Origin: Pelagomonas calceolata
Taxonomy: Eukaryota
Direction of reading: 5' to 3'
DNA: 64,000 bases
Assembly (NCBI GenBank): GCA_918797485.1
Contig: CAKKNE010000005.1
Location: 3,038,001 to 3,102,000 of the forward strand
In this document: in pieces, positions 62,895 through 64,000 of the stretch
How the letters are laid out: each line of letters begins with the position of its first letter
Position numbering within the stretch: the first letter of the stretch is position 1
Translations under genes and position numbers: made by a program
The notes under the pieces: generated by a model
What the model was told of the DNA's origin: nothing
The model's database searches: none
Seen by the model: the letters and a program-made list of their open reading frames with translations, nothing else

Positions 62895-63809
62895 TTAAAA
62901 TGCTCCATCGAGTCCTTCAAGTTGGCGTTGGACAGACTCTCCGACAGAGCCCGGGAGCGCAAGCTCCACCTGCTGGACAAGCTCACAAGACAGGAGTCGC
63001 GCTTCGAAGGCGCGCCTGAGACTCGGGAAGGTCGCGCGCCCGCGGTACCTTCTCGAGGGGGCTTGCGAATCCCACGTCCGGTCCCACGCCCAAGAAGAGC
63101 CCCCCTGGCTTTCGACGAGCGCAGATAGAGCCGCGCCGTCTGCAGGAGTGTTCGTTCGTGTGTATATGATGACACCGCAAAGGCCCCGCCGCGCGAGGAT
63201 GGCATCTCGCCGGGCGCGAAGGGCGTCGGCACGAACCTCATCGCCCCGCGGCCGGTTCTCTGGCGGGCAGGTTCGCATGGCCTCGACCGCCAACTGAAGA
63301 ACGGCGCTCGCGGCGGCCCACGCGGCCGCCGGTCCTGCTTCGAAGGCATCGCAGGCGTGGAGAGCAGTTGCGAAGCCTCGCCGCTGCGGCCAGCGGGGCG
63401 GCCAGCGAGGCGTCGTGCGGCCCTCTGGCGGAAACAAGAGCTCTCCCTCCTGCGCTAGGTACTCGTAACACCGCGTAAGGAAGTTCTGGTTGAGCCGTTC
63501 GGCGTTCCCTCCGATACTGCGCACCCCCCCGAGATGCGCGCGCATCAAGGGTAAGACCCGCTCTCGCGCCACGTTCTCGCAGAATGAGCGCCCAGTCTCG
63601 TCCCTCTTGCCGAATGCCCGTGCGCACGCATTCAGACGAGCTAAAGACCTACCGTCGAGAAGCGGCATCAGCGCTCGCCGAGACGGAAACAGTGCGTTGG
63701 ATATGATGATTTGCGTCAGTACCTCCGGTTCCGCCGCGGCGCCGTCGAGCCTGATTCCAGAGAGATCACCGCTCAGAGCACCGCCAGAGGCTTGGTTCGT
63801 ACGTGCCAT
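62895..63809 (-). CDS. Hypothetical protein with an F-box-like N-terminal segment
   Basis: LMPLLDGRSLARLNACARAF; N-terminus ASGGAL..DL resembles ASSGGAF...DL of the neighbouring F-box gene. Confidence 0.6.
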   Translation of the reverse strand: MARTNQASGGALSGDLSGIRLDGAAAEPEVLTQIIISNALFPSRRALMPLLDGRSLARLNACARAFGKRDETGRSFCENVARERVLPLMRAHLGGVRSIGGNAERLNQNFLTRCYEYLAQEGELLFPPEGRTTPRWPPRWPQRRGFATALHACDAFEAGPAAAWAAASAVLQLAVEAMRTCPPENRPRGDEVRADALRARRDAILARRGLCGVIIYTRTNTPADGAALSALVESQGGSSWAWDRTWDSQAPSRRYRGRATFPSLRRAFEARLLSCELVQQVELALPGSVGESVQRQLEGLDGAF

Positions 63810-64000
63810 TGATGCAAAGCGTGAGCTACGTTACGCGGTGGATTGACAGCGGAGCACAAACCGTAACAAGTGGCGCACGCGGCGTGTGATGGAGTGCTGG
63901 GGCTACCGAGGCACAGGCGTTTCGATCGCTTTCGTTCCACTTCACTGCTATATTTCTAGCTTGTGACAGGACCGGTAAGGCCACCGCTGACCCGCAAAAC

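Overview
This is gene-dense, GC-rich eukaryotic nuclear DNA with few introns. The gene content, a heterokont-type plastid-targeting peptide and introner-type introns suggest a pelagophyte alga (Pelagomonas/Aureococcus-like); the taxon is an inference. There are about 30 protein-coding genes: three tandem AP2-domain genes, BUD13, a ~4200-aa FG-GAP/DUF285/REJ/GPS membrane protein, VMP1, CAND1, a sulfotransferase, syntaxin-5, proteasome ATPases RPT4 and RPT1, an acyl-CoA dehydrogenase/oxidase, several glyco-enzymes, ClpB/HSP101, a WDR75-like protein and F-box genes. Four main signals are not explained by the ORF track. (1) Short TIR elements with 8-bp target-site duplications behave as introns (introners), supplying the AG and co-opting a GT/GC donor from the TSD; two of them join ORFs that the track lists separately. 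(2) An intergenic motif, CTAGCGG-N0-3-GTAAGACACTAGC(A/G)AG, occurs 11 times, always upstream of gene starts. (3) There are three local duplication scars where promoter and 3' flanks are conserved around dissimilar genes. (4) A TAATG stop-start overlap suggests a bicistronic locus. I could not support any rRNA, tRNA or CRISPR feature.
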